Notes: generated by a model from the sequence alone, not told the origin. 64,000 bases of DNA from Euryarchaeota archaeon UBA28 (GCA_002501605.1 DANW01000030.1:24553-88552), one strand, 5' to 3'. Counted from the first letter of the stretch, positions 55,163 to 64,000 are shown. Program-made: numbers and translations.

Positions 55163-56224
55163 TCAGTCAACACCCGCCATTCTGTTTCTGCTGTCACACT
55201 CTAGCTTGAGAATCAAAACTCCGCAAATCAATATCCCAGCACCGACGCCCATAAAACCCCACCCAGATGAGACTAGGAGCAAGAAGAACATCGCTAGGAA
55301 TGCCAATGAGAAGTAGAACGACCGTGCTGCAGTCGGCATCCTCCCACTTCCATCTAGCCCCTCATCAATATCTATTCTCCACACAGTCGAGGCATACCAC
55401 ATACTCAGGAGGAAACAAGACCATCTCAGGGCATGGTATGCCCTATCTTCATCATCGAGGTTACCGTTTGCTATTGGCGAGTAAAATGATGCCAAAATCA
55501 GAAGTATTGAGTATACCTTCATTTCAGATAATGTTCTGGCATTTCCCTTTACATTTGGTAGCATGGGCACTCCCGCTTCCCCGTATTCCTTCGACCTGTA
55601 TAGTGCGAGTGCCCAGAAATGAGGGGGCGTCCACAAGAATATGATCAGAAACATTAGCCATGGCATAGAACTGCCTAGATCAGTAACTGAGGAGATTGCA
55701 GATTCGACTGACTCCGTTGATATTCCAAGAGAGTCATCAGAAGCAGACCATCCAACCAAGGGTGGTGTTGAACCAGCTATTCCCCCTATCACAATATTCT
55801 GAGAGGTTGTTCTTTTCAACCAAATACTGTAGATGAACACATAGAATAGCACACTAAATACCGCCCAGAAAGCTGCAACAGAATTAGACATTAAGAAGAG
55901 CCACAAAGTTCCGATTATAGAAATCGAAACTCCAAAAACTAATGCGCTTGAAGGAGATATTTCCCCCATTGGGATTGGCCTACCAGAAGTTCTTGGCATC
56001 AATGGGTCGATATCGCGATCATACCACATGTTGATTGAATTGGCCCCTCCCGCTGTTAGAAAACCTCCAATAAATACTACGATTATTGTCCCGGCAGTCT
56101 CTTCTGTAAGGCCCCCACCTTCTAGTAAATCATGTGAAATAACAGCAAGAATACCGGTAATTTGTAAGAGAATCACCACATTAGGCTTGGTTAGAGTGAG
56201 GAAACTCCCAATTTTTCCGCCCAT
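55163..56224 (-). CDS. ctaB: Protoheme IX farnesyltransferase (heme O synthase)
   Basis: UbiA-family polytopic membrane protein with the CtaB/CyoE signature FLWTPPHFWALAL and an Asp-rich region YDRDIDPLMPRTSGRPIP. Confidence 0.85.
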   Translation of the reverse strand: MGGKIGSFLTLTKPNVVILLQITGILAVISHDLLEGGGLTEETAGTIIVVFIGGFLTAGGANSINMWYDRDIDPLMPRTSGRPIPMGEISPSSALVFGVSISIIGTLWLFLMSNSVAAFWAVFSVLFYVFIYSIWLKRTTSQNIVIGGIAGSTPPLVGWSASDDSLGISTESVESAISSVTDLGSSMPWLMFLIIFLWTPPHFWALALYRSKEYGEAGVPMLPNVKGNARTLSEMKVYSILLILASFYSPIANGNLDDEDRAYHALRWSCFLLSMWYASTVWRIDIDEGLDGSGRMPTAARSFYFSLAFLAMFFLLLVSSGWGFMGVGAGILICGVLILKLECDSRNRMAGVD

Positions 56225-56232
56225 CCATCCAC

Positions 56233-57282
56233 CTAATCTTCAACAGTAATACTCGCTCCTCTGGGGGAGGACATAACTGTAACTCCGAGCCAAGCCGTGG
56301 CAAGAACAGTGAATGATACCGTTGCAACCATCAGGTGCGCTAGCGAGAGGTACTCTGAGAAACTCCCGGAATCCCACGATATGACGTAAGAAGCACCCAG
56401 TAATCCATTTCCGAAATATGTAGCAGTTGACGCCCAAACCCAGTTCCTCAGAGTGATGCCACCTTGCCCATCTTGGCAATCTCTCCATATCTTGTATGAG
56501 CAGAATGCGAGCATCGCTCCAACTATGCTTACCAACCATCTGTGAACAATCTGGGATTGTAACTCCCAGTTTTCGATATTCTGGACTAACTTACCGTTGC
56601 AGAGGGGCCATGAGTCCAGCATCCCATCTACTCCGCACCCATAGTTAGCACCCGGTGTTGTAGAAACATAAACTCCTGAAAATAGGGTAATTAGAGTTGA
56701 TATTGACAGGATCCCAACTAATTTCCTCCATTTCATCCCAATCAGGGGATCAAAGCTAATCCAATCCGGAAGCTCGTCCTCATCTCGCCTTATCTCCATC
56801 CATAGCCAAATTAGTGAAAGCAAGAAGGCCATGGCAGATCCAAGATGTATGGCTACACTCCAATTCTCATTATCCATTTTTACGGTGAGCCAACCAATCG
56901 CCCCTTGCCACAAAATCAGCCCCAATGTCAGACTCGAGACTCCCTTAACTCGGGGGCTAGTCCAAGCCTCTTTCCTGATTAGTAGCCAGTTTAGGATCAC
57001 CAGTGGGCCCACAAAGGCTCCCGCTAGTAGTCTGTGAAACCATTCTGTAAATATTTGGAACGATGAATATCTGTGCCCGGAACCTCTGGAATCTGCCTCA
57101 TCAGGATTTTCTTCCCACCATTCCCCCTGTTCTTCCTCTGAGATATCAAATCCCCAAGTCCCAAAGCAAGTTGGCCAATCGGGACAAGATTCACCAGCAT
57201 CATAGATTCTTATCATCCCGCCCATTGAGATCACTAGGATTGTGAGCACAATCAAAACTTCAGTAGCCCTTCTGGGACTCAC
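56233..57282 (-). CDS. ctaA: Heme A synthase (CtaA/COX15 family)
   Basis: About 8 TM helices. The N-terminal loop motif is ESCPDWPTCFG (CtaA GCPDWPxC), and conserved His residues sit in TM helices (HRLLAG, HLGSAMAF, HLMVATVSF). The gene lies immediately downstream of ctaB on the same strand. Confidence 0.65.
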   Translation of the reverse strand: MSPRRATEVLIVLTILVISMGGMIRIYDAGESCPDWPTCFGTWGFDISEEEQGEWWEENPDEADSRGSGHRYSSFQIFTEWFHRLLAGAFVGPLVILNWLLIRKEAWTSPRVKGVSSLTLGLILWQGAIGWLTVKMDNENWSVAIHLGSAMAFLLSLIWLWMEIRRDEDELPDWISFDPLIGMKWRKLVGILSISTLITLFSGVYVSTTPGANYGCGVDGMLDSWPLCNGKLVQNIENWELQSQIVHRWLVSIVGAMLAFCSYKIWRDCQDGQGGITLRNWVWASTATYFGNGLLGASYVISWDSGSFSEYLSLAHLMVATVSFTVLATAWLGVTVMSSPRGASITVED

Positions 57283-57313
57283 CGAGGAAGTCAGGGGATC
57301 ACCTCTTGAGAGT

Positions 57314-57601
57314 TCACTCTTCTTCTAGGTGCGGGTCCACATCTATAGGTATGCGTTCCTGCTCGTATTCTAAGGTAGCTATCTTCATTGGGTCAAGAAC
57401 TACTCTCTCCTTTGCCTCGTCAACCCCGTATAGTTGAACTAGCTCGTCATTGAAGTTCTCCCGTAGCTCGTTTTCTGTTACATACAGAGGGGCTCCCATG
57501 CTAATCTGAAGTGCTCTAGCGCCTATAATTCGGGCCTTTTCAAATCTTGTGTGGTGTCTAAGGGGCTTAACCATCGGCCGACCGACCCGAGTCTCCCACA
57601 T
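57314..57601 (-). CDS. rpoK: DNA-directed RNA polymerase subunit K (Rpb6/omega homolog)
   Basis: HTRFEKARIIGARALQISMGAP is the RpoK/Rpb6 signature, and a DPMKIATLEYEQERIPI assembly-domain-like segment is present. The alternative start is ATG 57574 (MVKPLRHHTRF...). Confidence 0.6.
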   Translation of the reverse strand: MWETRVGRPMVKPLRHHTRFEKARIIGARALQISMGAPLYVTENELRENFNDELVQLYGVDEAKERVVLDPMKIATLEYEQERIPIDVDPHLEEE

Positions 57602-57645
57602 AAGGCCTCTTACTCTTATTCTCCTTACTGGAGCGCAGAAAACTC

Positions 57646-58806
57646 CTAGCTGGATTTAATCAGCATGGCCACGGCGTTACCTCCTCCGAGACAAATAGTA
57701 ACAATCCCAGAACCATGACCATCTCTGTGCATAGAGTTTACCAGAGTCATCAGACACCTAGCCCCAGTCGCGCCTAATGGATGGCCGATTGAGATTGCCC
57801 CTCCATTGACGTTGAAACGCTTTTCAGGAATCTGAAAGTGCTTCCTTATCGAGCAAGAGGCAGAAGCAAAAGCTTCGTTGTGCTCAAATAATCCAACATC
57901 TTCAACACTGAGTTTGTTCCTTGTAAGCAGTTCTTGAACAGCGGGTATTGGTGCAGACATGACCCTGTTTGGCTCAACACCCGATGTAGTGTAGTCCACT
58001 ATCCTGGCTAATATTGGTAACCCCATTCTATTGGCTGTTTCTTCTGAGGCTATCAAGACAGCCGAGGCTCCGTCAGATACTTGGCTCGCATTTCCCGCAG
58101 TTACCTGTCCATCTTCAGAAAATACCGGCTTCAAACTAATCATAGTCGACATATCCGCATCCATTCTTATCCCCTCATCGATAGAAAGCTCCTCCATGGA
58201 AACGCACTCCTTTCCAATCCCTCCATTCTCCCATCCTGCTGCGCTCAACTTATGTGACCGAATAGAGTAAGCATCAGATTCCTCCCTCGAGATTCCATAT
58301 TCTAGGGCACAGGACTCCCCGGTATTTCCCATCAGCTCCCCTGAATAAGCATCCGTTAATCCGTCATGTGAAAGAATCGATAAAAGTGATTTGAAGGGAA
58401 CATCCTCTCCTCTACTTGCGTCTCTGATAAATCTTGGAGCATTGGACATAGACTCCATTCCTCCCGCTACCACTAGCTCTGAAATCCCTGCCCTGATTTC
58501 CGTCGCGGCAATCATTACTGCCTTCAAGCTTGATCCACAGACCTTGTTAATTGTAGTGCACGGAGTGGAATTGGGCATCCCGCAACCAAGAGCAACTTGT
58601 CTGGCTGGGGCTTGACCAGCTCCAGCCTGCAAAACCTGTCCCATGTACACCTGATCTATCGCCCCTCCACTGGGGTCTATTCCGGTCCGACTCAGTAGCT
58701 CCTCTACTGCCTTAACGCCTAATTCGACAGCGCTGTAGGATGACAGAGCACCTCTGAACTTACCGAAGGGGGTTCTAGCATATCCGCATATAACCGCATC
58801 GGGCAT
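57646..58806 (-). CDS. Acetyl-CoA C-acetyltransferase (thiolase II)
   Basis: 386 aa. The active-site Cys is in TINKVCGSSLKAV, the C-terminal HPLGATGAR and CLGGGNAVAM motifs are present (thiolase signatures 2 and 3), and the N-terminus is ICGYARTPFGKF. Confidence 0.85.
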   Translation of the reverse strand: MPDAVICGYARTPFGKFRGALSSYSAVELGVKAVEELLSRTGIDPSGGAIDQVYMGQVLQAGAGQAPARQVALGCGMPNSTPCTTINKVCGSSLKAVMIAATEIRAGISELVVAGGMESMSNAPRFIRDASRGEDVPFKSLLSILSHDGLTDAYSGELMGNTGESCALEYGISREESDAYSIRSHKLSAAGWENGGIGKECVSMEELSIDEGIRMDADMSTMISLKPVFSEDGQVTAGNASQVSDGASAVLIASEETANRMGLPILARIVDYTTSGVEPNRVMSAPIPAVQELLTRNKLSVEDVGLFEHNEAFASASCSIRKHFQIPEKRFNVNGGAISIGHPLGATGARCLMTLVNSMHRDGHGSGIVTICLGGGNAVAMLIKSS

Positions 58807-58864
58807 GAACGTTCCAGTGAGCTATCAGACTTCAAAGGTCCGATTCGAGGAATACAGAAATCAT

Positions 58865-59920
58865 CTAGTTTGCCGAGTTAAATCCATAGAATTCAGATCC
58901 CTTCAACTCCGGCCGAGATTGAGGCTTCACCAGTATGGTTCTGACAGACCATAGATCCTTGAAAACTCGATATTTTGATGTTGCATCCAGATAATCCACC
59001 CCACTCGTACCACCGGTACCTATCCTCCTTCCCATTATTCTCTCGACCATTCTAGCGTGAGAATGTCGCCACTTGACCATCGACTCCTCTAGCTCAACAA
59101 TCGCGTCGATTAGCTTCCTAGGCCAAGCCAGGAGTGGTAGCTCACGATAAGACTCGATGAAAAGGAGGCCTGCCCTCGCCCTGCTTACTCTACCTTCAGG
59201 CCTTAGGAAAGACTTCGCCCCCTCGTGCACAGCCCTCATTCTTTCAGCCATCATTTCTGAGGAACCGGAGGCTGAATTACATATGTCCTCGTGTGCCTCG
59301 AGATGAGCATCGACATATGCGGACACTGCCTCCTCATCTCCTTCAGAACCATAAATAGAGCCCATTATGGGGGTCCTTTCAATCCAATTCATAAGTGACT
59401 CACGCAGACTAGGAAGCTCCTTCATTTTCTCTAAATGAGCTAGAATGCTAGAATCCCCCTCTTCATTTTCCGCCATTTTCCTGAAAGAATCCAACGGATC
59501 CATCCCCCCTAATCTGTCTGAATTTTCCAGTCCAATTAGGATTTCAAACTCCCTCATTTGATAGGATTCGAATCCTGAAGCGGTCCCGAGACCGTCTCTG
59601 AATGAAAGAAATCCCTGGGGAGTTAGTGTTTCAAGAACGGTCCACTGGTTGGCCATGAGTCTGAAGATTTCCGTCGTCCTGCATAAGTGATCAACAGCCA
59701 CTGGAATATCATTTTCTGGCACGTTCTCCTGACCGAGAATGTTTCGAGCCTCAGAGAGCTCTCTGATGATTTGCTTGAACCAAAGTTCGAATGTCTGATG
59801 GACAATAATGAAATGCATCTCATCAGAGCTTATGCCTCTATCCTCTCCCTGGAGCTCCAGAAGCTCTCTTAGATTGAGATACTCGGAATAAGTCCAATTA
59901 CGCTTCTCGGCGTCATCCAT
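58865..59920 (-). CDS. kynA: Tryptophan 2,3-dioxygenase (heme-dependent)
   Basis: 351 aa. FIIVHQTFELWFKQIIRELSEA matches the TDO helix motif (I.HQ..ELWFK). The proximal His region and the TYSEYLNL start are consistent with TDO. Confidence 0.65.
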   Translation of the reverse strand: MDDAEKRNWTYSEYLNLRELLELQGEDRGISSDEMHFIIVHQTFELWFKQIIRELSEARNILGQENVPENDIPVAVDHLCRTTEIFRLMANQWTVLETLTPQGFLSFRDGLGTASGFESYQMREFEILIGLENSDRLGGMDPLDSFRKMAENEEGDSSILAHLEKMKELPSLRESLMNWIERTPIMGSIYGSEGDEEAVSAYVDAHLEAHEDICNSASGSSEMMAERMRAVHEGAKSFLRPEGRVSRARAGLLFIESYRELPLLAWPRKLIDAIVELEESMVKWRHSHARMVERIMGRRIGTGGTSGVDYLDATSKYRVFKDLWSVRTILVKPQSRPELKGSEFYGFNSAN

Positions 59921-60016
59921 ACCTTTCCCTGTAAGTCACAGCTTGAAGTATTGTCGCTCGTTTATTCGATGATTATCTACAGAATTATCTAAATTTGACA
60001 ATAGTGGCAGAAAATT

Positions 60017-60613
60017 GTGACTGAGGCATCCCATCCGCAAACAGGAGCTCATAACAAACCAGTAGAATCTCTGATAGTAGATACCGATTTGTGTCTGGAT
60101 ATACTGAAAATATCCGATGCAGAGGAGCTATTTGCCCTAGTGGAAAAAAACAGGCAATACCTGAGGAAGACATTACCTTGGCTGGATGAAGTAACGAGCT
60201 TGGATGAACAGATTTCATACATCGTTCATTGTGACTCTGACTATGGGCTCGGAAAGGGAGTAATGTATGCAATCAGAAACGGAGGGAGAATAGTGGGTAC
60301 TATCGGATTGAATTGGTTAGATTTCGAGAACCGGAGCTGTGGAGTCGGATATTGGATTTCTCAGCACCAGACTGGACTAGGATTAGCAACTCGAAGCTGC
60401 TCCAGATTAATAGATCACTGTTTCATGGACTTGAATCTACATAGGTTTGTCCTCGAGGCATCAGTGGAGAATGTCGCCAGTTGTAAAGTCGCGGACAGAC
60501 TTGGTATGAGAATGGAAGGCATAAACAAAGATAGAGAGTGGCTTTACAGTCGATACGTGGATGGAAAAATGTATGCTATCACAAAGCCAGAGTGGCTTTC
60601 TTCTTCTGACTAG
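60017..60613 (+). CDS. GNAT family N-acetyltransferase (RimJ/RimL-like)
   Basis: The acetyl-CoA motif A region is VGYWISQHQTGLGLATRSCSRLIDHCF, and the C-terminus RLGMRMEGINKDREWLYSRYVDGKMYAI is typical of the RimL subfamily. GTG start. Confidence 0.7.
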   Translation: MTEASHPQTGAHNKPVESLIVDTDLCLDILKISDAEELFALVEKNRQYLRKTLPWLDEVTSLDEQISYIVHCDSDYGLGKGVMYAIRNGGRIVGTIGLNWLDFENRSCGVGYWISQHQTGLGLATRSCSRLIDHCFMDLNLHRFVLEASVENVASCKVADRLGMRMEGINKDREWLYSRYVDGKMYAITKPEWLSSSD

Positions 60614-62751
60614 CTATCCCTCTTCAACAGGCCGAAGTCCTCAATGGAGCACCCTCCTGGAGGGAGAGCGGATAGCACGTCATCTTGGGCTAGCCCCGTA
60701 GCTTTCGAGATGGAGTTCGCAACGCTCTCCTTTTTCGTAGTACCAGGGGTTATTCTTGCCCATCGGCCAAACGAATTAGAGATTGACTCTGCCGTACCAA
60801 TTACGGGCAATGGGACACCATTAACTATGCCCATACCTAAGCCTAACTCCAACTTCAGATCCCTGAACCAATGCCTTTGCCCCCTTACAACAAACGACCC
60901 CCTGCCGAGGGACTCGCCACTTTCCGTCTTCTTGGAGACCTGGCTGGGCCTCACATAGAAAGAAGTTGCAGCAGCTCCCCCACTCCCCCATGCTCTCGAC
61001 CAACAAACCGCAATTTGCGCCCCCTCTCTGAGTATCTCCTGAGGGAGCTCAAGACCCTCATCGGGACCGTCGAGACCTTGGGTTATTTGCAAAGAAGAAA
61101 CCCCCTCGGGCAAACCTTCTGCAACTTTGTCTCTGATTTCAACTCCCTCCTTGATTTTCAGGGCACAAGAAGGGGCCCCATGTAAGTCAGCATGGAAATA
61201 CAGGTCCTTGGGCCCTAGGTGTTTCTTCACAACGGAATCGTTTCCTTTGGCATCCCGCCCTCCGATAAACATCCTGCCATCCGAAAGTATCGCCCATCTG
61301 TGTTTTTCAAACCAAAATCTTCTGCTTCTTTTGATAGACCTCAAACGTCCACCAGAGGCGTCTTTAGCGGCTCGCTTTTCTTCTCTATTTTGGGCTTCTA
61401 GCGTCTTAGCAAGAGCTACCTCGGCCCCTGCCGCTTTGTCTTTCTGAGAACGACCAATCTCAAAATATCTCTGTGCATTCTGGTGCACGGTTTTGTTAAC
61501 TTCCAGAGTAACGCTAGTGCCCGGCCCCCCTTCCTCATCCGGCAGATAAGCCACTATTGTCTTCTTGTCCATATTTACGCCCCCTATCCAATCTACCTCC
61601 TGACATATATCCGAGACCTTCTGCCAATTAGTCTCTGAAACAGCCTTGTTGAATTGAGTGATAATGGAGTTAACGTGCTCCCAGTTTTCCTGAATTGACT
61701 TCCCTAGTTCCTGTGATATTACGGCTTTCTGCATGAAACCTTCGATAGCCCTCCTCTGTTGCGCCGCCCTCCTCTCAAGCTTGGCTTGTGACTGCTCTAG
61801 ACTGGACCCCTCCTGCACCAGTTTCTCTTCCTCTCTACGCATGTATCCCGCGGAATCATGCTCCCCAAATACCGTATCCAGAGCATCCGAGAGGCTCTCA
61901 ATTTCTATGAAAGGCCTGTCTTCCATGCTGTTTAGCCAGATAGGGGAGACGAGCATCGCCCCATCCGGAGGGCCTGGATCTGAAGTTTCTCTAAGTGTCT
62001 GCCACCTCTCCATACTCTCATTATCCTCCATCCAGAGAAAGCAAACCTCCCCTTCCTCCAGCTCTTCCATCATCGACCTTATCGAACCCAGAAGTGACTC
62101 CCTCTGTCCAGAATTCAGTGATGACGCTGGAATTTCCTCGGATAGCCCAGCTTTCGAACAGATGGCCGAACCATACACACGCCCCAGATTCAATCTGGAT
62201 GCGACCGTCCTAATCAGGTCGCTCTCGCTCCCATCAAGGATCTCATCAAGGACCCTCTCGTCAAGTTTCCGAGGGTCCAGAGACTCAGGAGGGGGGGAAT
62301 ATCGGACCCCCTTCTTTAGTACCCTACTAGCATACGTGGCATGGGTTAGCGGTTGAACTATAATCCCAGAATCGTCCAGGAGGAGGACATTTCCGTCTCT
62401 GAAGAGCTCTATGACGAGTGACATTCTTCCCTTGCCATGTTCAAATTCTAGGGACAATACTCTGTCGAATCCGAGTTGCGAGACCCCAATGAATCTGGAA
62501 TTACCAAGATGTTTTCTAAGTACCATCGCGAATTGGGACGGATTTGGGGGCATGGGCCTGTCCCTAATGGAGTTGTACACCCTCTTCCCTCTGATAATAA
62601 CCAGATCCGTATTTGCATGTCCCTTCTTGCTCATTCTTAGCACGACTTGTTCATAGTGTGGCTGATACGCCTTCCTGATTCTGGACCCTATCATCTTGCT
62701 GAGCTCAGTGACGGTTCTTGCAACCTCGAAAGATGACGTCTGCTCGCGCAT
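60610..62751 (-). CDS. NFACT-family protein (RqcH/Rqc2/FbpA homolog, ribosome-associated quality control)
   Basis: The N-terminal NFACT-N is EVARTVTELSKMIGSRIRKAYQPHYEQVVLRM...GKRVYNSIRDRP. Coiled-coil regions follow. The NFACT-R (DUF814) region is FWFEKHRWAILSDGRMFIGGRDAKGNDSVVKKHLGPKDLYFHADLHGAPSCALK. There is also a roughly 200-aa C-terminal extension. The first ATG is 62751, and the ORF-track start is TTG 62790. Confidence 0.7.
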   Translation of the reverse strand: MREQTSSFEVARTVTELSKMIGSRIRKAYQPHYEQVVLRMSKKGHANTDLVIIRGKRVYNSIRDRPMPPNPSQFAMVLRKHLGNSRFIGVSQLGFDRVLSLEFEHGKGRMSLVIELFRDGNVLLLDDSGIIVQPLTHATYASRVLKKGVRYSPPPESLDPRKLDERVLDEILDGSESDLIRTVASRLNLGRVYGSAICSKAGLSEEIPASSLNSGQRESLLGSIRSMMEELEEGEVCFLWMEDNESMERWQTLRETSDPGPPDGAMLVSPIWLNSMEDRPFIEIESLSDALDTVFGEHDSAGYMRREEEKLVQEGSSLEQSQAKLERRAAQQRRAIEGFMQKAVISQELGKSIQENWEHVNSIITQFNKAVSETNWQKVSDICQEVDWIGGVNMDKKTIVAYLPDEEGGPGTSVTLEVNKTVHQNAQRYFEIGRSQKDKAAGAEVALAKTLEAQNREEKRAAKDASGGRLRSIKRSRRFWFEKHRWAILSDGRMFIGGRDAKGNDSVVKKHLGPKDLYFHADLHGAPSCALKIKEGVEIRDKVAEGLPEGVSSLQITQGLDGPDEGLELPQEILREGAQIAVCWSRAWGSGGAAATSFYVRPSQVSKKTESGESLGRGSFVVRGQRHWFRDLKLELGLGMGIVNGVPLPVIGTAESISNSFGRWARITPGTTKKESVANSISKATGLAQDDVLSALPPGGCSIEDFGLLKRDS

Positions 62752-62810
62752 TGTACCATGCCTCCGTCTTGGAGGTACTTCATCAGCCAATCGATATATT
62801 TCCTAGTTTC

Positions 62811-63659
62811 TCAAGCCAATGCCTGGAACTCCTCAATTTCTGAGAGCACAGAAGCCTCGTGTGCGTACTGATTCGAGGGGACCTCTATGAAAACTGAATC
62901 TGGAATGCTGTCGACAATTCTCAAAGCTTTCTCCATCCCATGGAGTTTGTCAGAGGATGCGGTCATAATAGCGCAGGGAAACGAAATATTACTCAGGTCG
63001 CTGGGAATGGAATATCCCGTTAGAAATCTAGCAGATAGATGCATTTTGTGCAGGTCTTGCGAAAGCAGTGTCCTCCTGTATCTTATCTTCTGGCCTTCCT
63101 CCTTCACCTTCCTCTCTATTGCCGAAATAACTAATCTTTTGATGAATGAGTGAGTGAATTTAGGAATTGGTGACATTATGAGAAGCCTGGCCCAAATCGG
63201 GAATTTGAATTCTGAGTTTGGGGCGAGAAGGACGGAGGTTCTTCCTGATAGCGTCCCTTTATTGAATGCATCAATCAATACCGTGGATCCAAGAGATGAC
63301 GAGAACCAGTCAACCTCAGAGCTTTCTATGTCATAATGAGTCAGAACTCCCACAATATCGGATGAAATCCTCTCGACACTGAAATCAGATTTTCTAATCT
63401 TGCCATTTATTCTAGAGCTACCTTTTTCCCTGGTCTCAATGTAAACTATCTTCCTCCTACTTGACCACTCGGCTATCAGTGGTTTCCAGCCCTCGAACAC
63501 AGAACCCCATCCAGGAACCACGACTACTACTCCCTCCTTGGTAGGAGTATCGGGAGTCCAAGTGATTACCCTCAATCGAACATCTTCATTAGTTTGTACC
63601 CATTCTTCCGATACCTTGGAGCCTTTGAAATCTGGAGCATCTGACCAGTAGGATTCCAA
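62811..63659 (-). CDS. Alpha/beta-hydrolase fold protein (putative)
   Basis: 282 aa. A beta-strand/Gly motif VVVVVPGWGSVFEGW is followed by the nucleophile-elbow-like DWFSSSLGSTV (Sm-x-Nu-x-Sm variant) and a late His. TTG start with no in-frame ATG nearby. Confidence 0.4.
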   Translation of the reverse strand: MESYWSDAPDFKGSKVSEEWVQTNEDVRLRVITWTPDTPTKEGVVVVVPGWGSVFEGWKPLIAEWSSRRKIVYIETREKGSSRINGKIRKSDFSVERISSDIVGVLTHYDIESSEVDWFSSSLGSTVLIDAFNKGTLSGRTSVLLAPNSEFKFPIWARLLIMSPIPKFTHSFIKRLVISAIERKVKEEGQKIRYRRTLLSQDLHKMHLSARFLTGYSIPSDLSNISFPCAIMTASSDKLHGMEKALRIVDSIPDSVFIEVPSNQYAHEASVLSEIEEFQALA

Positions 63660-63665
63660 ACGACC

Positions 63666-63962
63666 CTACCTCCTCCTTCCGCCGCCAGATCTTCCGCCGC
63701 CAGATCTTCCGCCGCCACTTGAGCGACTTCCTCCGCCAGAGCTTCCTCCTCCTCCGGATCGTCCCCTGCTCGAGTGTCCACCGCTTGAGCGACCTCCTCC
63801 GGTGGATATTCTATTCCGGCGCCTGCTCCCTATTCTAGTTGGTTTCCTGTAGTGAACACCGGGGCCTTCACTGTATCCCCACCTATTTCCATAGTGATTG
63901 TTGATAATCGTGACATCATTTCCGTCATATCCTCCATGGTGTACAACTCCGTTTCTGGTCAC
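63666..63962 (-). CDS. Gly/Arg/Ser-rich (RGG-box-like) low-complexity protein. It may extend beyond the right window edge.
   Basis: The C-terminus is ...GGGRSSGGHSSRGRSGGGGSSGGGSRSSGGGRSGGGRSGGGRRR. The N-terminal part is Tyr/Gly/Asn-rich (HHGGYDGNDV...HYGNRWGYSEGPG). The reading frame stays open to nt 64000, and the annotated start is GTG 63962. Confidence 0.35.
   Translation of the reverse strand: MTRNGVVHHGGYDGNDVTIINNHYGNRWGYSEGPGVHYRKPTRIGSRRRNRISTGGGRSSGGHSSRGRSGGGGSSGGGSRSSGGGRSGGGRSGGGRRR
63676..63720. repeat. Three tandem 15-nt units (cttccgccgccagat x2, then cttccgccgccactt) encoding the SGGGR repeats
   Basis: Direct inspection of 63676-63720. The third copy is imperfect. Confidence 0.6.
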
Positions 63963-64000
63963 ATAAGAACCGGGTGGGGTATTGCTGAACCTAATCCAAA

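Noticed and set aside
63572-63781. Plus-strand ORF encoding ...EEEEALAEEVAQVAAEDLAAEDLAAEGGG
   Set aside because: It is the complementary-strand reading of the GGGRS tandem repeat. Only one strand can be coding, and the minus-strand RGG reading continues into a longer non-repetitive N-terminal region.
1-64000. CRISPR arrays, rRNA genes, and transposase, integrase, restriction-modification or toxin-antitoxin genes
   Set aside because: I looked for short regularly spaced direct repeats, rRNA-like conserved stretches and DDE/tyrosine-recombinase or small TA-pair motifs. None was found. The only tandem repeats are the in-frame protein-coding modules at 50.7-51.7 kb and the 15-nt SGGGR repeats at 63.68 kb.

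Overview
This 64 kb window is coding-dense, about 50% GC, and archaeal. The archaeal markers are RadA with its N-terminal HhH domain, RNA polymerase subunit K (Rpb6-like), a Hel308/Hjm helicase, a Trm5/TYW2 tRNA methyltransferase, and an initiator tRNA-Met with the archaeal A1:U72 pair and a GGG/CCC anticodon stem. Many genes look bacterial or eukaryote-like, which fits a planktonic aerobic heterotrophic euryarchaeote such as Marine Group II or a Thermoplasmatota relative. That placement is inference only.

Main content:
- A seven-gene heme operon on the minus strand, hemA, hemC-hemD fusion, hemB, hemL, hemE, hemF and hemY, with overlapping stop/start codons and hemH diverging from it.
- ctaB and ctaA (heme O and heme A synthases), a thiolase, tryptophan 2,3-dioxygenase, UvrC, an MFS transporter, oligoribonuclease, a JAMM protein, GT2 and GT4 glycosyltransferases, an AI-2E transporter, thiamine pyrophosphokinase, a cold-shock protein, a dihydroorotase-like enzyme, oligoendopeptidase F, an AstE/AspA-family enzyme, an isopropylmalate/homocitrate-synthase-like enzyme, a GNAT acetyltransferase and an NFACT/RqcH protein.
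- Several very large secreted or surface proteins: an S8 subtilisin, a 1551-aa beta-helix/PKD protein, and a 1246-aa kexin-like proprotein convertase. The convertase carries a P-domain, thrombospondin type 3 repeats and 3.5 tandem Cys-motif modules.
- An N-terminally truncated AlkB-type hydroxylase at the left edge of the window.

The most interesting items are the modular kexin-like convertase, a wHTH/STAND (NB-ARC-like)/TPR regulator diverging from uvrC, and two tandem stand-alone RAM-domain genes in an operon with the subtilisin. Also notable are a low-GC island at 19.9-21.6 kb, which holds an FAD oxidoreductase and an unlisted DUF4177-like small ORF, and the unusually long hemA/hemH intergenic region, which has nested inverted repeats.

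I found no CRISPR array, no rRNA and no clear transposase or integrase. The ORF track extends ORFs to the furthest ATG, GTG or TTG, so I revised many starts by hand. Start coordinates are less certain than stops.
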